From a virus (Duplodnaviria; Caudoviricetes), in IMG/VR virus record IMGVR_UViG_3300020577_007794: DNA of 64,000 nt. One strand, given 5' to 3'. Shown piece after piece: positions 19,090-29,911 of the stretch. A program made the translations under genes and the position numbers. The notes below the pieces were generated by a model, which worked only from the letters and a program-made list of their open reading frames with translations, did not search any database and was not told the DNA's origin. The number at the start of each line of letters is the position of its first letter. Position 1 is the first letter of the stretch.

Positions 19090-19799
19090 TGGAAGATATT
19101 ACTGATCAATTAGCAGATGCGGGAAATGCGTTAAACCCGCTTTCTGAGGATAAAGCAGAACAAAGATCTCACCTATTTACGGCCAGTATGGTGTCTGCCG
19201 CCGCCAGTATAGGAACAGGTTTTCTAACTAAAGATAAGTTGAAGTCAAGAATGATCAGGAATTCAACATTTTTCACCGCAACATTCGCTGCGGGAATGTA
19301 CTCCGATATTGACCATGGTGACAGTCCTAGTACAGCTATCCTTGTTAACTCTCTAACTGCTGTAGCGGGTATTGTTGCGTTTACTGCGGCAAAAAAATTA
19401 GTACCTTCTGGATTTAGAGCTCTTGCTGGCGCAATTGAAGAACACACAGGAAATAGATCACTCAGCCTGTTATCTGAAAGATTCGCTCAAGCAGTTAAAA
19501 ATGTACCACAGATCGAGTATTTTTTAAACAAGGACACAATTGGACTAGCTGGTTCTTCTGTAACTATTCCAGTAGCTCACTCCTTGGTGCATAGAATAGT
19601 TGCAGACGGACATAGAAGAAGAATCAATTCTGCGCCTATGGCCCACCAATCTTTTAAAGTGGAAAACCAAGCCGGTGATTCAGGTGATCAGACAGAGATG
19701 TCTGGTGAAAGACCTGTAGGAACAAATGAAATAAAGAAAGCGACATTTAACACTGTGATGGTACGGTCCAGTGTTTCGAATTTAACAAGAATGGTTTAA
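19089..19799 (+). CDS. predicted membrane-segment protein
   Basis: Several hydrophobic stretches (LFTASMVSAAASIGTGFL; AILVNSLTAVAGIVAFTAA). Confidence 0.6.
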   Translation: MEDITDQLADAGNALNPLSEDKAEQRSHLFTASMVSAAASIGTGFLTKDKLKSRMIRNSTFFTATFAAGMYSDIDHGDSPSTAILVNSLTAVAGIVAFTAAKKLVPSGFRALAGAIEEHTGNRSLSLLSERFAQAVKNVPQIEYFLNKDTIGLAGSSVTIPVAHSLVHRIVADGHRRRINSAPMAHQSFKVENQAGDSGDQTEMSGERPVGTNEIKKATFNTVMVRSSVSNLTRMV

Positions 19800-19800
19800 C

Positions 19801-22800
19801 ATGCTGTCAGCCTCACTCTCAAATCTTATCAAATCAACAACCAACACTGTTAAGGGTCAGTTGGTTAATATAGGTAGATCAGGTACTAAAGTTGTCTTTG
19901 AAATAAAGACTGCTGATAGTAAGATTTATAAGGTATCAGCAACAAGCAGTCAAGCTGCCATAATTGTTAAGACACTTAATCTGTCTCAAAATATCGTGGC
20001 CGCAGCTTTGGGGCCTGGAATAAGTGATGAACTAAGAAGCAACCTTATCTCTGATAAAATTTTTGTTGAGATTCCAGTAGAGAAGTCAATATCAGGCTCT
20101 GAAGCTTCTGTGTTGTCTGGTGGAGAAAGAAAGTCTAGTAGAATAGAAAATCCCACTACAACCAAAGGAAAGGCTGAAGATGAGAAGAAAGAAAAGGAAG
20201 ACTTAACTACAGTCTATCCTACAGATAATTGGCCTGGATTGATGGAAGAATCGAGGTTTTTACCTGTTAAAGTTCCAGGCATACTGGGAACCTCCAACAC
20301 AAGAATAGGTCATGCTGTATTCTCAGCACCAATTCAGTTCTTTACATCTCAAAGAACCAGCTATATAGAGCAGAGCCCCACTCTTAGAGAATCTGGGTCC
20401 ATTAAGAAAGGTACGGGATTAGCCTTTCAAACGTATACCATTAACTATTTTGCTACAGATGCTGAGGAAGTAAGAACCTCTGTAAAGGAGGTTTTTGATC
20501 AACTATTGTTACTGCCGTTTATATCGTGCCAAGGTGGTCCATTTGGGTTTACCCCAGGGGATGGGGACATCCCGTACCACGATTTTGCAGTGAGATCTTA
20601 CTCACTTGCTACTGTGCCTGGGCACCCATCAGTCTTGAATGTGCAGATTTCTCTAGAACCACTGCTATTCGATATTTACTGCCAGGTCAAAGACTGCAAA
20701 GAGAGCCAGTCTGGTTATCAAGTAACCATGGATGACATTGTTTGCTGGCCTCTGGTTAAACTTTGGACAGGTTCTAACGAAAAGTCAACCTATAACCCAA
20801 TTCTAACAACGCTCAACGGCTCACTTAGAATGTCTCTCCCATCTAAAAAGGTTATTAACAGAATTGTAGATGAGGCTGATAAGTTTAAATCAACCTTATT
20901 AAACACAGAGGTTGATACACTAGAGACATTAAAAATTCTCATAACAGAACCTAGAGGTGCTGCTATTTCTTCTAACAATGCTAAATTGGTAGAGTCGGAA
21001 GTACTGGCTGGTTCTGGCAGAAAGATCGCTGTAGTTAAATTTGAAGACCAATTTAACTATTCTAGTCTCCAGCAAAACAGTCAATTTTTAGGACTAGTTA
21101 GATGGGAAAAGTTTTCAGGAAACCGATTCTCCAGTAACGGAACATTCCTTCCACAAAGTGGTACCGTTAATCTTGACAGATCAAGCAGCTTTGTAACAAA
21201 TCAAGTTGGGATAACTAACTATAAAACACGAGGGTCTAACGAGTTTAGTTGGATTGACGTTGTGGCCAGTAAGGGAGACATTTCAACCCTAATTGATCAG
21301 TTCTTGAAAGATGAACAAAAACAAAGAGCTGAACCAACTAGTCAGTTAGGGACGCTGCCCTCAATCAACCCACTAACTGATGACATGATTACCCATATCA
21401 AGAACAACCCATGGGAATACTTTGCACTAGTTCTCGATGTTAAGGTAGAAAATGAATCATCGCTATTAAGATCAATTAATCAGCTTTTGAATCAAGCTAA
21501 AACAAAAGCCACTATTCCGTCTATGTCAGAGAGAAAGAACTTTGATAGGATTTTAGCGGAAGAAGATTTAGTAGATTCTGAAGTCTTTATGGATACAGGG
21601 ATAGGGAATACTGACCTAATAATTGAATCCATAATGTCCACTAGGACTAATAATCTTTCTACACAACATGTTCAGGGATGTCATATACCTAAGCATCAAT
21701 TCTTAGGCGGTGGTACTGCAGAGTTTTCTATAAAAGGAAAATGTCTGTCAAAGACTGCCAAAGAAAGATTAGAGGCACTAAAACTGGAATTTGATAGGAG
21801 ATGTCATCTAACTTTTTCTGGCCCCTCCGCAGGTTCTATAAAGAATAATCCAGATAGCACACCATTTGTACGAGTGGTAAATGAAGTATTCCAACTCATG
21901 GGTGTTGACTTTGTTATGCCTGTATCATTGCGGGTTGACTCTATCCCAGAACAACCTAATGTGTGGGAATTCGAAATGGCACTCCTTGAGTTCAATCCTA
22001 AGACTCAGGCATCTGAAAGAGTTAAATTCTTAGAAACAACTCTTCAAACACAGGCAGCAGTTCTAAATTACCAAGCCCCAGGAGATCTAACCCCAGACCC
22101 TCTCATACAAAAGGCTCAGGAATATTTCTCTTTAGAAGATTCTTTGAAGAGTCTTGAGATACTGCCTGACATGGGTCTCCCTACTAAAACTATTCTTGAT
22201 AAGTGGATAGATATTATTAGAGAAGAGGCTATTTACAGGAAGATCAATAAAGTACCTAGACCTAAATCAACACTCTCAGCCACTGAAGCTGAGGTAGTTG
22301 ACCACCTAGAACACTTCTTCCAAAATAATGACTGCCTTACTATAATGTCCCACTTTAAGGAGAGGGATACTACTAAAAGAACTTCTTACACTGGATCATT
22401 TGTAGACCCGGATTTCTACTTCTTCTATGACCCTAATAAAACTTGGGGAGCATTGCTCGATAAGTTGGCTATGCAGGAATTTGGAAGAAGGCTTCCTGGT
22501 TTCTCCTCCGATAAGGTAGAGGAAAATGGTTTAGAAGCGTTCTATCAAGAATTCTCTCCACTCTTCGGCACCACAACCATGTTCTCTTCAGACTACCTTT
22601 CATCTAGGGCGTCTACCACTGAAGATGAATTGATAAGTGCTGCTAAGAACTCATACCCACCATCTCTAGCAAAACAAGCACATGATGCCACAATGTCTCA
22701 GGTTGAGGGTGCTAAATTTGAACAGTATCCGGGAGCATGGTGGACAACACCAACCAATGTCTCACCTGTTGATGAAACAAAGACATTTGAAGACAGCAAC

Positions 22801-25800
22801 CCAGAATACTTAAAGGGTCCTTACATTAATCCTAATGTTAAGGTATCTGCCTTTGACAGTAATGCTGCTAACACAGGGGTTACCCCAGCTGAGTTTGACG
22901 GAAGTTTAGAAGAGTTTCTTTCTATCGCATGGAGACGAAAACGAGCTGAAGTTAACACTTCATATGCCTTAAAGGATTCTAATATTAGACTTAATGGTGG
23001 CAGTGGTATAGGGTTTGCTTCTAAAGACGGTATTAGTTTCTACAAGAGTTTAATAAACTCAGGCTTCCTCTTTACTGCACAACCTGTGTCAACCTACTCT
23101 GCTATTGGGGGAAGTGTTGGAGACTTTGGAAAGTATAACTATCTTGCTGACAATCTTCCCATGGATGCCAGCTATATCTCTGCACGATTAAACGGAGTCC
23201 TTCCAGTAGGTGGTAAATCCCTAAAAGAGATAGAAGAGGAATCAAAGATAGCCCTCCTTCAGACAGGACATGACGACCTGGTTTCTGAATGGGGATATAT
23301 TCCACGATCAATCCATGCTACAAGAAAATACGCAATCCGATATGGTGGTACAGAGATTGTGGCAACACCATTGGCGGCTTTGGGTGCCACCACTACTGAA
23401 GCTTTGGTTAACACCCAGGATATGTTTAACTCCATTGCTGGTAAATACAGAATTGATCCAAATATTGCTAGAGCTTTCTTCCTAAGAAGAACTGGATTTG
23501 GCACTATAAAGAACGAAACTGTTGACAGCAACGGTGTGGGTTTTGGTGACCTGTCGGTGGATATAGCTTCTAAATTATCAAATGCAGAACAAGTAGAATT
23601 ATTCTGTGAGAAATTTAGAAGAAACTTAGACAGACTTAACAACGTTCCAACACTAGCCTTAGCTGCTACAGTAGCTCAGCTTACATATAAAGGAAGAGCA
23701 CTGTATGTTACTGGTACAGATGGTATAGGTACATCAGAGCCAGGTGGTTCGTCTGATAAGTTTAGACTTAACAAACAGACTTTCTACAACGTCTTGAAAG
23801 AGGCAGCTAGCAAGCTTAATAGTCCAGAAACCAAGTTCTCTATTAAAGGTGCTGAAATCATAACTAATGCTTTGGCCAAGACTGCTTTAGCGTCAGATAT
23901 TGATACGTATTGGACAGCATATATTGAGGTCTGCAGAGTCTTAGGATCAGTGAGACTTCCTGGACAATATCTAAGTAAGGTGGATGCCTACTTCGATCCC
24001 TTCAACGCATTGATTCTTACTGACAGTGAAACTAACACTGAATATGCAAACACCTCCCTTACTCCTTCAGGAAATAAGATAAGGGTATCAATGTCCAGAG
24101 GAGAAGTAACACAAACTACAGCTGACATACAAGTATTGGGTGACCCTAATAATCCTGTCTCAGCTGAGCAGGATGCAGAACTCAGGGTAAGGTTAAAGTT
24201 CGGTCTTGAACCTCATTCAGAAGCTTCTGCATGGGGCTCCATGTTTGACTGTAGACGGTATTCTGTGTTTGGTAGGTTTGTCCAAGCCTATCCGTCATTC
24301 TGTGTTCTCCTTGTAAACGAAGGTTTCTACTTTGCGGAAGGTTCTGTTAAATTGTGGGACCAATTCTACACACGAGCTGGCATCACAAATATTGAAGTAT
24401 TTAAGAGTAGGAAAGACCCTGCGCATAGCTGTTCTGTAACATACTCTAATATGTTCTACTCCATCTCTAGATACACACAAATGGAGGCATTGAGGCAGGA
24501 AATAGCTGTGGATTCTAATAATAGATTCCAGAGTACTTTTGGTCTTGGAGCAGGAACACCGCTCGAGTCTATCGAGGGCGCACTAAGACGTTTCTGGGCC
24601 GCAGCTATTTCTAAGGAACCTGACCCAAGACTCTTGAAGACTTGGGCCACGAACCATCTTAATCAACTAGCACTTACTGCTGGAGCGAGAATCCAAGTAA
24701 GAATGGGTTATGGGTCCAACGCCTCAACCCTTCCAGTAGTATTTAACGGTACAATTATTGATGCACCAATTGGTGGACAAGGAGAAGTAACTATTAAAGC
24801 AGCTGGGGATGGCTTTGAGCTTAATAACCCAGTTACTGATAGACTTGTAAAAGTTGATAATGGTTTTGCATACAGAAGTCAAGAAGGATTTTTAGGGGCT
24901 GGTACCGAACCCAGCCAAATCGTTGTTCAGAGTATGATTCCCAACTCGATGTTCGTAGCTGCTTTAACACAAGGTAGATATGGAGTAACAAGAGTTGCCC
25001 CGCACTTCGGAGAGATAATCTTCGGTGGTACGTCATACTCCATTCCTGAAGTTATGATGAATATGTATGGTGCGTCAAGAAAACACTTGTCACAGTCATT
25101 CAACTTCATCAAGAATACCTTTAACAAAAACGCACTGTACAACTGGGATGACACTACACTAATTAGTGTCTCTGTACATGAACCTACAGTTTGGAAGACT
25201 GCACAAGTCTGCGCCCAAGCTGTTATGGATTACGTCACATCACCAGAACCCTTCCATACAAGATCAACTCTCTTTTTTGGAAGGTGGTGGTACCCATTTA
25301 ACTACGCGTACTCTCCATCTATACTAGGACAAAATAATGTTTCCTCTCTTTACACAGCATCTAGATCTACTACTGCTAACAGCGTACCATCTATTGATGG
25401 CTCTACCCCACGCAATACCTCTCCTAAAGGGTTTCCTACGCAAGAAGCCAAAGGAGTCGAACTTAAGTTCGAAATCCTCCCAGACGGCCCATTTAAGGAA
25501 ACTCTCGAAAATGAGAAAAATGTAGCTACTCTTGTAGACCTTAATGTGTTTGATAAAAAGGAAGACACAGCTACAATCATTGCAGGAGTAGCTGGCCTAT
25601 TCGGACAATCCTTAGCTGCTAATCTTTTAGCAGAACTGAAGAAAAAATATCTAGGGTCCGATGAAAAAGCAAAGTGGGGCTTTGGTATATTCAATCCAAA
25701 GAATGGAGGCCCTACATATGCGCTAGTCATGACCTTAGGTGATGATGGTATTTTACGAACACAAAAACTAAAAGACTTCACGTACACCCCAAGCAGTGCT

Positions 25801-27771
25801 GGTGCTATTTTGACTACAAATGATCAAACAATAGTGGACAATGCAGACCCAACAATGTTGAGGGATGTTGAAAATTTCGTAAAACACCTTTATTGGAAAC
25901 CATATATTCAAGCATGGCCAGCAGTAACAGGACTCAACCTCCTTTCCAACAACATTGTTCCATCTCAAAAAGATGTGTACACTGATGCTAAAGGGCAACA
26001 TACGTTTAATGGTTGGATATCTAGAGATACCCCTGTAAAAACAATCACGTATTGTGTGGACAGTGATATATCACCAAGTACTCGAAGAACTATGTTGGTT
26101 GATACCGGTCTTCTTGTAACAACCGTTCAAAGAGGTTTCACAAATACAGTTGCAAAGGGTGCAGCTAATATAGCTAACTCAGTTCTAGGTTGGACTCCAT
26201 GGACTCCGGTAATTTCTGAGTTTATAAATGAAACTCCAGATACCCCTGCTATCGAAAACTCTGTTGTTAATGCTTTGTGTAATTCTGTTAAGGAAATGTA
26301 TCAAGGATGGTTTTCTATTTCTGGTCAATCAGCTATGAAACCAAACGATCTAGTTCTCCTTAACGATGCCTACAACGGTATGGAGGGGCCTGTTTTTATA
26401 GGGGATGTTATTCATAGAATGGATTCCTCTACAGGCTTTGTTACCTTAATTTCTCCAGACTGTGTAGCTCTCCCACACTCAGCAATTATCGGCCAGAGGT
26501 TGATTGTGGCGCATTCAAGTGGGCCGTTAGCTAAGGCTGGTCAGTATGTAATAGGTTCAGCTGCCTGGGCTGCTATGGCTTTTTCACTTAAAAAGCTTTC
26601 TTCAAATCCATTCTCAGCAAGGATATTGGAGTTAAAAGAGTTAACAAATAGGTACACAGTAGCTGAGGCTTTGGGTTCTAAAAATCTTACTAACACTGTA
26701 AAGACGCAAATTCTTTCTGCTATTGATGCTAGAATGGCGGCAATAGCAGAAGCAAGTAAAAAGGGATTATTCTCGTCTCTACGAATAGAACAACTTAAGA
26801 AAACAAGACAGGCAATCGAGGCCTCAGAAAATCTTTCTGCAGTCTTCCTTTATGCTAATGAGTCTGGTATAAACGTTGGACAGATTCTCAGGGATATTCC
26901 AGGTGTTAGCCTTGATTTTGAGAGATTGGTTTCTATTATCCATAATTCTCAAAATCTTTACATAGAGATGTTGAGAGAACTAAAAGCAAACCCAGCTACA
27001 TCTCAGCTATCTGAGCAGGAAATTATTAGGCTAGTAGAAAATAAGGTAGTAAAACAGCTAAATCAAACTTTGATTGATGCTGATCTAGCTGTTGCAGGAG
27101 ATTCTGCAACTGATGGGCTATCTGAAATATCTGCTCTCCTAAGAAATGAATCAAAACTGAGACCATTAATTGATCCAGGAACTATCCAAGTTACCGATGA
27201 AGTTATTGAAGAAGCCTGGGCAGCTGCTAGATTCAAAGCAGCTACATCACCTGTTAGACTTGTAAATATGTTGAAGGGGGCAGAGGTTGCGCTGTCTGAT
27301 AGTGTCAGATTGAGGCGAGCAACAAAACTTCTTTCCAAATCTATATCAGGATTGTCATTGGCTTTGTCAGCAATTGGTCCCGGAGTAATTGCTAGACTAG
27401 CATTTGAAGTGGTGAGATTTAGCATCGGTCAAACAGTTATACAAGGTATTAACTCTAGACTTATGGCTAGACAGGCTGTAAAAATATTTCCACTTAGAAG
27501 TATTCAATCCAATGGTACCTCAATTCCGTTTGTAGCTGGAATTAGAGGACATCAAGGAGCAGTAGTTGGGGACGACCCAGGCTACTTCGATAAACTTCTC
27601 AGTGGTAAATTTGAACCCAGCATCCCCTTTACAGATGGTTTGAAGCTTTCATTCATTCTGTCTGCTCTACTTGGTGTTGAGATACCTGAGTACGGTAATA
27701 CGGATGTTGACAATCTTTACATCCAAAAGATGAAAGAAGTGGAGGATAAGAGAGTAAATGGAAGAAGGTAA
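19801..27771 (+). CDS. baseplate hub-like giant tail protein
   Basis: 2656 aa; RIQVRMGYG...VVFNGTI and G...MKPNDLVLL...VIHRMD...GFVT hub motifs; degenerate SLT-like segment. Confidence 0.7.
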   Translation: MLSASLSNLIKSTTNTVKGQLVNIGRSGTKVVFEIKTADSKIYKVSATSSQAAIIVKTLNLSQNIVAAALGPGISDELRSNLISDKIFVEIPVEKSISGSEASVLSGGERKSSRIENPTTTKGKAEDEKKEKEDLTTVYPTDNWPGLMEESRFLPVKVPGILGTSNTRIGHAVFSAPIQFFTSQRTSYIEQSPTLRESGSIKKGTGLAFQTYTINYFATDAEEVRTSVKEVFDQLLLLPFISCQGGPFGFTPGDGDIPYHDFAVRSYSLATVPGHPSVLNVQISLEPLLFDIYCQVKDCKESQSGYQVTMDDIVCWPLVKLWTGSNEKSTYNPILTTLNGSLRMSLPSKKVINRIVDEADKFKSTLLNTEVDTLETLKILITEPRGAAISSNNAKLVESEVLAGSGRKIAVVKFEDQFNYSSLQQNSQFLGLVRWEKFSGNRFSSNGTFLPQSGTVNLDRSSSFVTNQVGITNYKTRGSNEFSWIDVVASKGDISTLIDQFLKDEQKQRAEPTSQLGTLPSINPLTDDMITHIKNNPWEYFALVLDVKVENESSLLRSINQLLNQAKTKATIPSMSERKNFDRILAEEDLVDSEVFMDTGIGNTDLIIESIMSTRTNNLSTQHVQGCHIPKHQFLGGGTAEFSIKGKCLSKTAKERLEALKLEFDRRCHLTFSGPSAGSIKNNPDSTPFVRVVNEVFQLMGVDFVMPVSLRVDSIPEQPNVWEFEMALLEFNPKTQASERVKFLETTLQTQAAVLNYQAPGDLTPDPLIQKAQEYFSLEDSLKSLEILPDMGLPTKTILDKWIDIIREEAIYRKINKVPRPKSTLSATEAEVVDHLEHFFQNNDCLTIMSHFKERDTTKRTSYTGSFVDPDFYFFYDPNKTWGALLDKLAMQEFGRRLPGFSSDKVEENGLEAFYQEFSPLFGTTTMFSSDYLSSRASTTEDELISAAKNSYPPSLAKQAHDATMSQVEGAKFEQYPGAWWTTPTNVSPVDETKTFEDSNPEYLKGPYINPNVKVSAFDSNAANTGVTPAEFDGSLEEFLSIAWRRKRAEVNTSYALKDSNIRLNGGSGIGFASKDGISFYKSLINSGFLFTAQPVSTYSAIGGSVGDFGKYNYLADNLPMDASYISARLNGVLPVGGKSLKEIEEESKIALLQTGHDDLVSEWGYIPRSIHATRKYAIRYGGTEIVATPLAALGATTTEALVNTQDMFNSIAGKYRIDPNIARAFFLRRTGFGTIKNETVDSNGVGFGDLSVDIASKLSNAEQVELFCEKFRRNLDRLNNVPTLALAATVAQLTYKGRALYVTGTDGIGTSEPGGSSDKFRLNKQTFYNVLKEAASKLNSPETKFSIKGAEIITNALAKTALASDIDTYWTAYIEVCRVLGSVRLPGQYLSKVDAYFDPFNALILTDSETNTEYANTSLTPSGNKIRVSMSRGEVTQTTADIQVLGDPNNPVSAEQDAELRVRLKFGLEPHSEASAWGSMFDCRRYSVFGRFVQAYPSFCVLLVNEGFYFAEGSVKLWDQFYTRAGITNIEVFKSRKDPAHSCSVTYSNMFYSISRYTQMEALRQEIAVDSNNRFQSTFGLGAGTPLESIEGALRRFWAAAISKEPDPRLLKTWATNHLNQLALTAGARIQVRMGYGSNASTLPVVFNGTIIDAPIGGQGEVTIKAAGDGFELNNPVTDRLVKVDNGFAYRSQEGFLGAGTEPSQIVVQSMIPNSMFVAALTQGRYGVTRVAPHFGEIIFGGTSYSIPEVMMNMYGASRKHLSQSFNFIKNTFNKNALYNWDDTTLISVSVHEPTVWKTAQVCAQAVMDYVTSPEPFHTRSTLFFGRWWYPFNYAYSPSILGQNNVSSLYTASRSTTANSVPSIDGSTPRNTSPKGFPTQEAKGVELKFEILPDGPFKETLENEKNVATLVDLNVFDKKEDTATIIAGVAGLFGQSLAANLLAELKKKYLGSDEKAKWGFGIFNPKNGGPTYALVMTLGDDGILRTQKLKDFTYTPSSAGAILTTNDQTIVDNADPTMLRDVENFVKHLYWKPYIQAWPAVTGLNLLSNNIVPSQKDVYTDAKGQHTFNGWISRDTPVKTITYCVDSDISPSTRRTMLVDTGLLVTTVQRGFTNTVAKGAANIANSVLGWTPWTPVISEFINETPDTPAIENSVVNALCNSVKEMYQGWFSISGQSAMKPNDLVLLNDAYNGMEGPVFIGDVIHRMDSSTGFVTLISPDCVALPHSAIIGQRLIVAHSSGPLAKAGQYVIGSAAWAAMAFSLKKLSSNPFSARILELKELTNRYTVAEALGSKNLTNTVKTQILSAIDARMAAIAEASKKGLFSSLRIEQLKKTRQAIEASENLSAVFLYANESGINVGQILRDIPGVSLDFERLVSIIHNSQNLYIEMLRELKANPATSQLSEQEIIRLVENKVVKQLNQTLIDADLAVAGDSATDGLSEISALLRNESKLRPLIDPGTIQVTDEVIEEAWAAARFKAATSPVRLVNMLKGAEVALSDSVRLRRATKLLSKSISGLSLALSAIGPGVIARLAFEVVRFSIGQTVIQGINSRLMARQAVKIFPLRSIQSNGTSIPFVAGIRGHQGAVVGDDPGYFDKLLSGKFEPSIPFTDGLKLSFILSALLGVEIPEYGNTDVDNLYIQKMKEVEDKRVNGRR

Positions 27772-28438
27772 TCCCCTATCGGCAAACCCCTCAGAAACGA
27801 ATAGAGATTTACTAGATGCTATTTTGGAAAAGCACAGACTAGATGAAATAGATCTATTATCTCTTGACAAAGCTTTGTGGACTGAGACACCTACTTCCCT
27901 AACTGCGGCAACCAACAATCCAACAAGTGACAGCTCATTTTCTGTTAATGTTTCTGCTGATGGTTCTGTAGATAAACCTCTTCCTGGTGGTTCGCCATCA
28001 AGAGGGAGTTTAATGAACAAAGATGGAACTCAGCAGCCTACCAAGATTAGAAGTAAGTACACTGAGTTGATTTACAAAGCTGCTAATGCGCATGGATTGG
28101 ACCCAGTATTATTTGAAGCACTTATTTGGGCTGAGAGTGATTTCAATCCAAAGTGTAGATCTGGAGTTGGTGCTATGGGTTTGGCTCAACTTATGCCCCC
28201 GACAGCCAGAATGTTGGGGGTTAAAGACCCCTGGGACCCAGAACAAAATTTGATGGGTGGGGCTAAATACCTAGCTATGCAATTTAAGACCTTTAAAGAG
28301 GTCAAATTGGCTCTAGCTGCGTACAACGCTGGTCCTGGAAACGTAAGGAAATATAAAGGAATTCCACCTTTTAAAGAGACACAGAATTATGTTACAAAGA
28401 TTCTGAAAAAATATCAGGAGTATAAGAGTGGAAAATAA
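27758..28438 (+). CDS. lytic transglycosylase (SLT/GH23), probably tail-associated
   Basis: AESDFNP...GAMGLAQLMP...LALAAYNAGPG...ETQNYV. Confidence 0.93.
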   Translation: MEEGNPLSANPSETNRDLLDAILEKHRLDEIDLLSLDKALWTETPTSLTAATNNPTSDSSFSVNVSADGSVDKPLPGGSPSRGSLMNKDGTQQPTKIRSKYTELIYKAANAHGLDPVLFEALIWAESDFNPKCRSGVGAMGLAQLMPPTARMLGVKDPWDPEQNLMGGAKYLAMQFKTFKEVKLALAAYNAGPGNVRKYKGIPPFKETQNYVTKILKKYQEYKSGK

Positions 28439-29156
28439 AGATGGATTGCCTACTAATTCTGCTGATACTTTGTCTGTAATTTTAGAAACACACAGATTGT
28501 CAGAAATCGAACAACTATCTCTTGATAGATCGTTGTCTTTTGAATTAGTTACACCTATTGCGGGCACACAACAAGAGTCAATAGGTTATTCAGGTGAGCC
28601 TATAGAAACATCTGATGAAGGTGGTTCAGGTGGGCCAGCTGTTTACAGAGCCCCTAGTGGAACTAAAGAATACACAGTTGGCACATTACCTTCTGCATGG
28701 GGTGGCTACAGTAACGGTAAGATACCGTTATCTGCTATGGCCAGTATAGCTAAAAGAGGTGACAAGTGGTATGGAGGATTACACTATCTTCGTCCAGACG
28801 CTGCCGATGCCTGGGTTAAGCTAAAAGCTAGGGCCAGGGCAGAAGGTTATGGTCTGACAGTTTCTTCAGCGTACAGAAGCTACGAACATCAAGCCTCTAT
28901 ACCTGGAAAAAGAAAAGCAAGACCTGGGCACTCCAACCATGGTCTCGGACTAGCTGTTGATATAAGAGAACTATACTTCAACAGCCAGGGCACACAAAGA
29001 GATATACAACAAGCTGCTAAGATGCGTGAAACTAAGTTATACAAGTGGCTAGATAGAGTCGGCCCAGAATTTGGCTGGCATAATCCTGCTAAGATGCGGG
29101 ATGGTCGTGGTTTGGAAGAACCATGGCATTGGGAGTTTTACGGAGTTCCGAAATAA
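28428..29156 (+). CDS. M15 (VanY-like) Zn peptidoglycan peptidase
   Basis: SAYRSYEHQ, SNHGLGLAVD and EPWHWEF motifs. Confidence 0.9.
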   Translation: MENKDGLPTNSADTLSVILETHRLSEIEQLSLDRSLSFELVTPIAGTQQESIGYSGEPIETSDEGGSGGPAVYRAPSGTKEYTVGTLPSAWGGYSNGKIPLSAMASIAKRGDKWYGGLHYLRPDAADAWVKLKARARAEGYGLTVSSAYRSYEHQASIPGKRKARPGHSNHGLGLAVDIRELYFNSQGTQRDIQQAAKMRETKLYKWLDRVGPEFGWHNPAKMRDGRGLEEPWHWEFYGVPK

Positions 29157-29911
29157 TGGGATACTTATCACAAAAAATAGATGAAATTGCAACCCAAACT
29201 AACAGGCTAAACCCATCTTATTCCTGTGGTCTCTTAGTGGACCCTAAAAGAGTGGTGGGTTCCCTCTTAGACAATCCATGGGTAAAAGCTACTACCAGCC
29301 TCAACGGGTATGAGATGCGAAAGTGGGCTGAAGATGCTGATATGGGAAAAATTGGTACAGCGGTAGTAATCAGAAATCCAGAAGGAACAGACACAAAGAC
29401 TATCATGAACCCGAAAGTTAGTAGTGGGGTGTACTCGGATAATGCTGGGAAAACCTCTGTTGGTTCTACTCATGGAGATAACGCTACTGAAATGGAAGTT
29501 GTTTTCGCAGCTGGGAAAAATATCGCACCAACAGTTGTTGCACAAAGATCAACCTATTTTCCAGGTACGGCTACAGTTCAGTCAAATCCTGACGCGGCTG
29601 TTCCACCTATGATTTCTGGCAGTGGAGCGAAGGTAGAAGAAGACAGACTTAGACAAACTGCAAATGGAACTAACGCAGCTACAGGTACTGCTTTAAAACC
29701 AAGCAGTTCCCTGTCTTTCTTAGATAGGGCTAAACTTGCCTCTCTTGGATTACTTACCCCTAGATCTAAGCCAATTGCCCCATCTCTAAAAGGTGGTTTA
29801 AGTGGTAAAACAGGAGACCCTGGGCAACTTGTAGACAATGGATTTAAAGCCCTTGACCCAACTCTAGGCGGCTTTGGGGTACAAAAAGCTGCACCACCAA
29901 AGGCAAAATAA
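29156..29911 (+). CDS. hypothetical baseplate-region protein
   Basis: TAATG-coupled start at 29156 (track start 29123); assigned by context only. Confidence 0.6.
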   Translation: MGYLSQKIDEIATQTNRLNPSYSCGLLVDPKRVVGSLLDNPWVKATTSLNGYEMRKWAEDADMGKIGTAVVIRNPEGTDTKTIMNPKVSSGVYSDNAGKTSVGSTHGDNATEMEVVFAAGKNIAPTVVAQRSTYFPGTATVQSNPDAAVPPMISGSGAKVEEDRLRQTANGTNAATGTALKPSSSLSFLDRAKLASLGLLTPRSKPIAPSLKGGLSGKTGDPGQLVDNGFKALDPTLGGFGVQKAAPPKAK

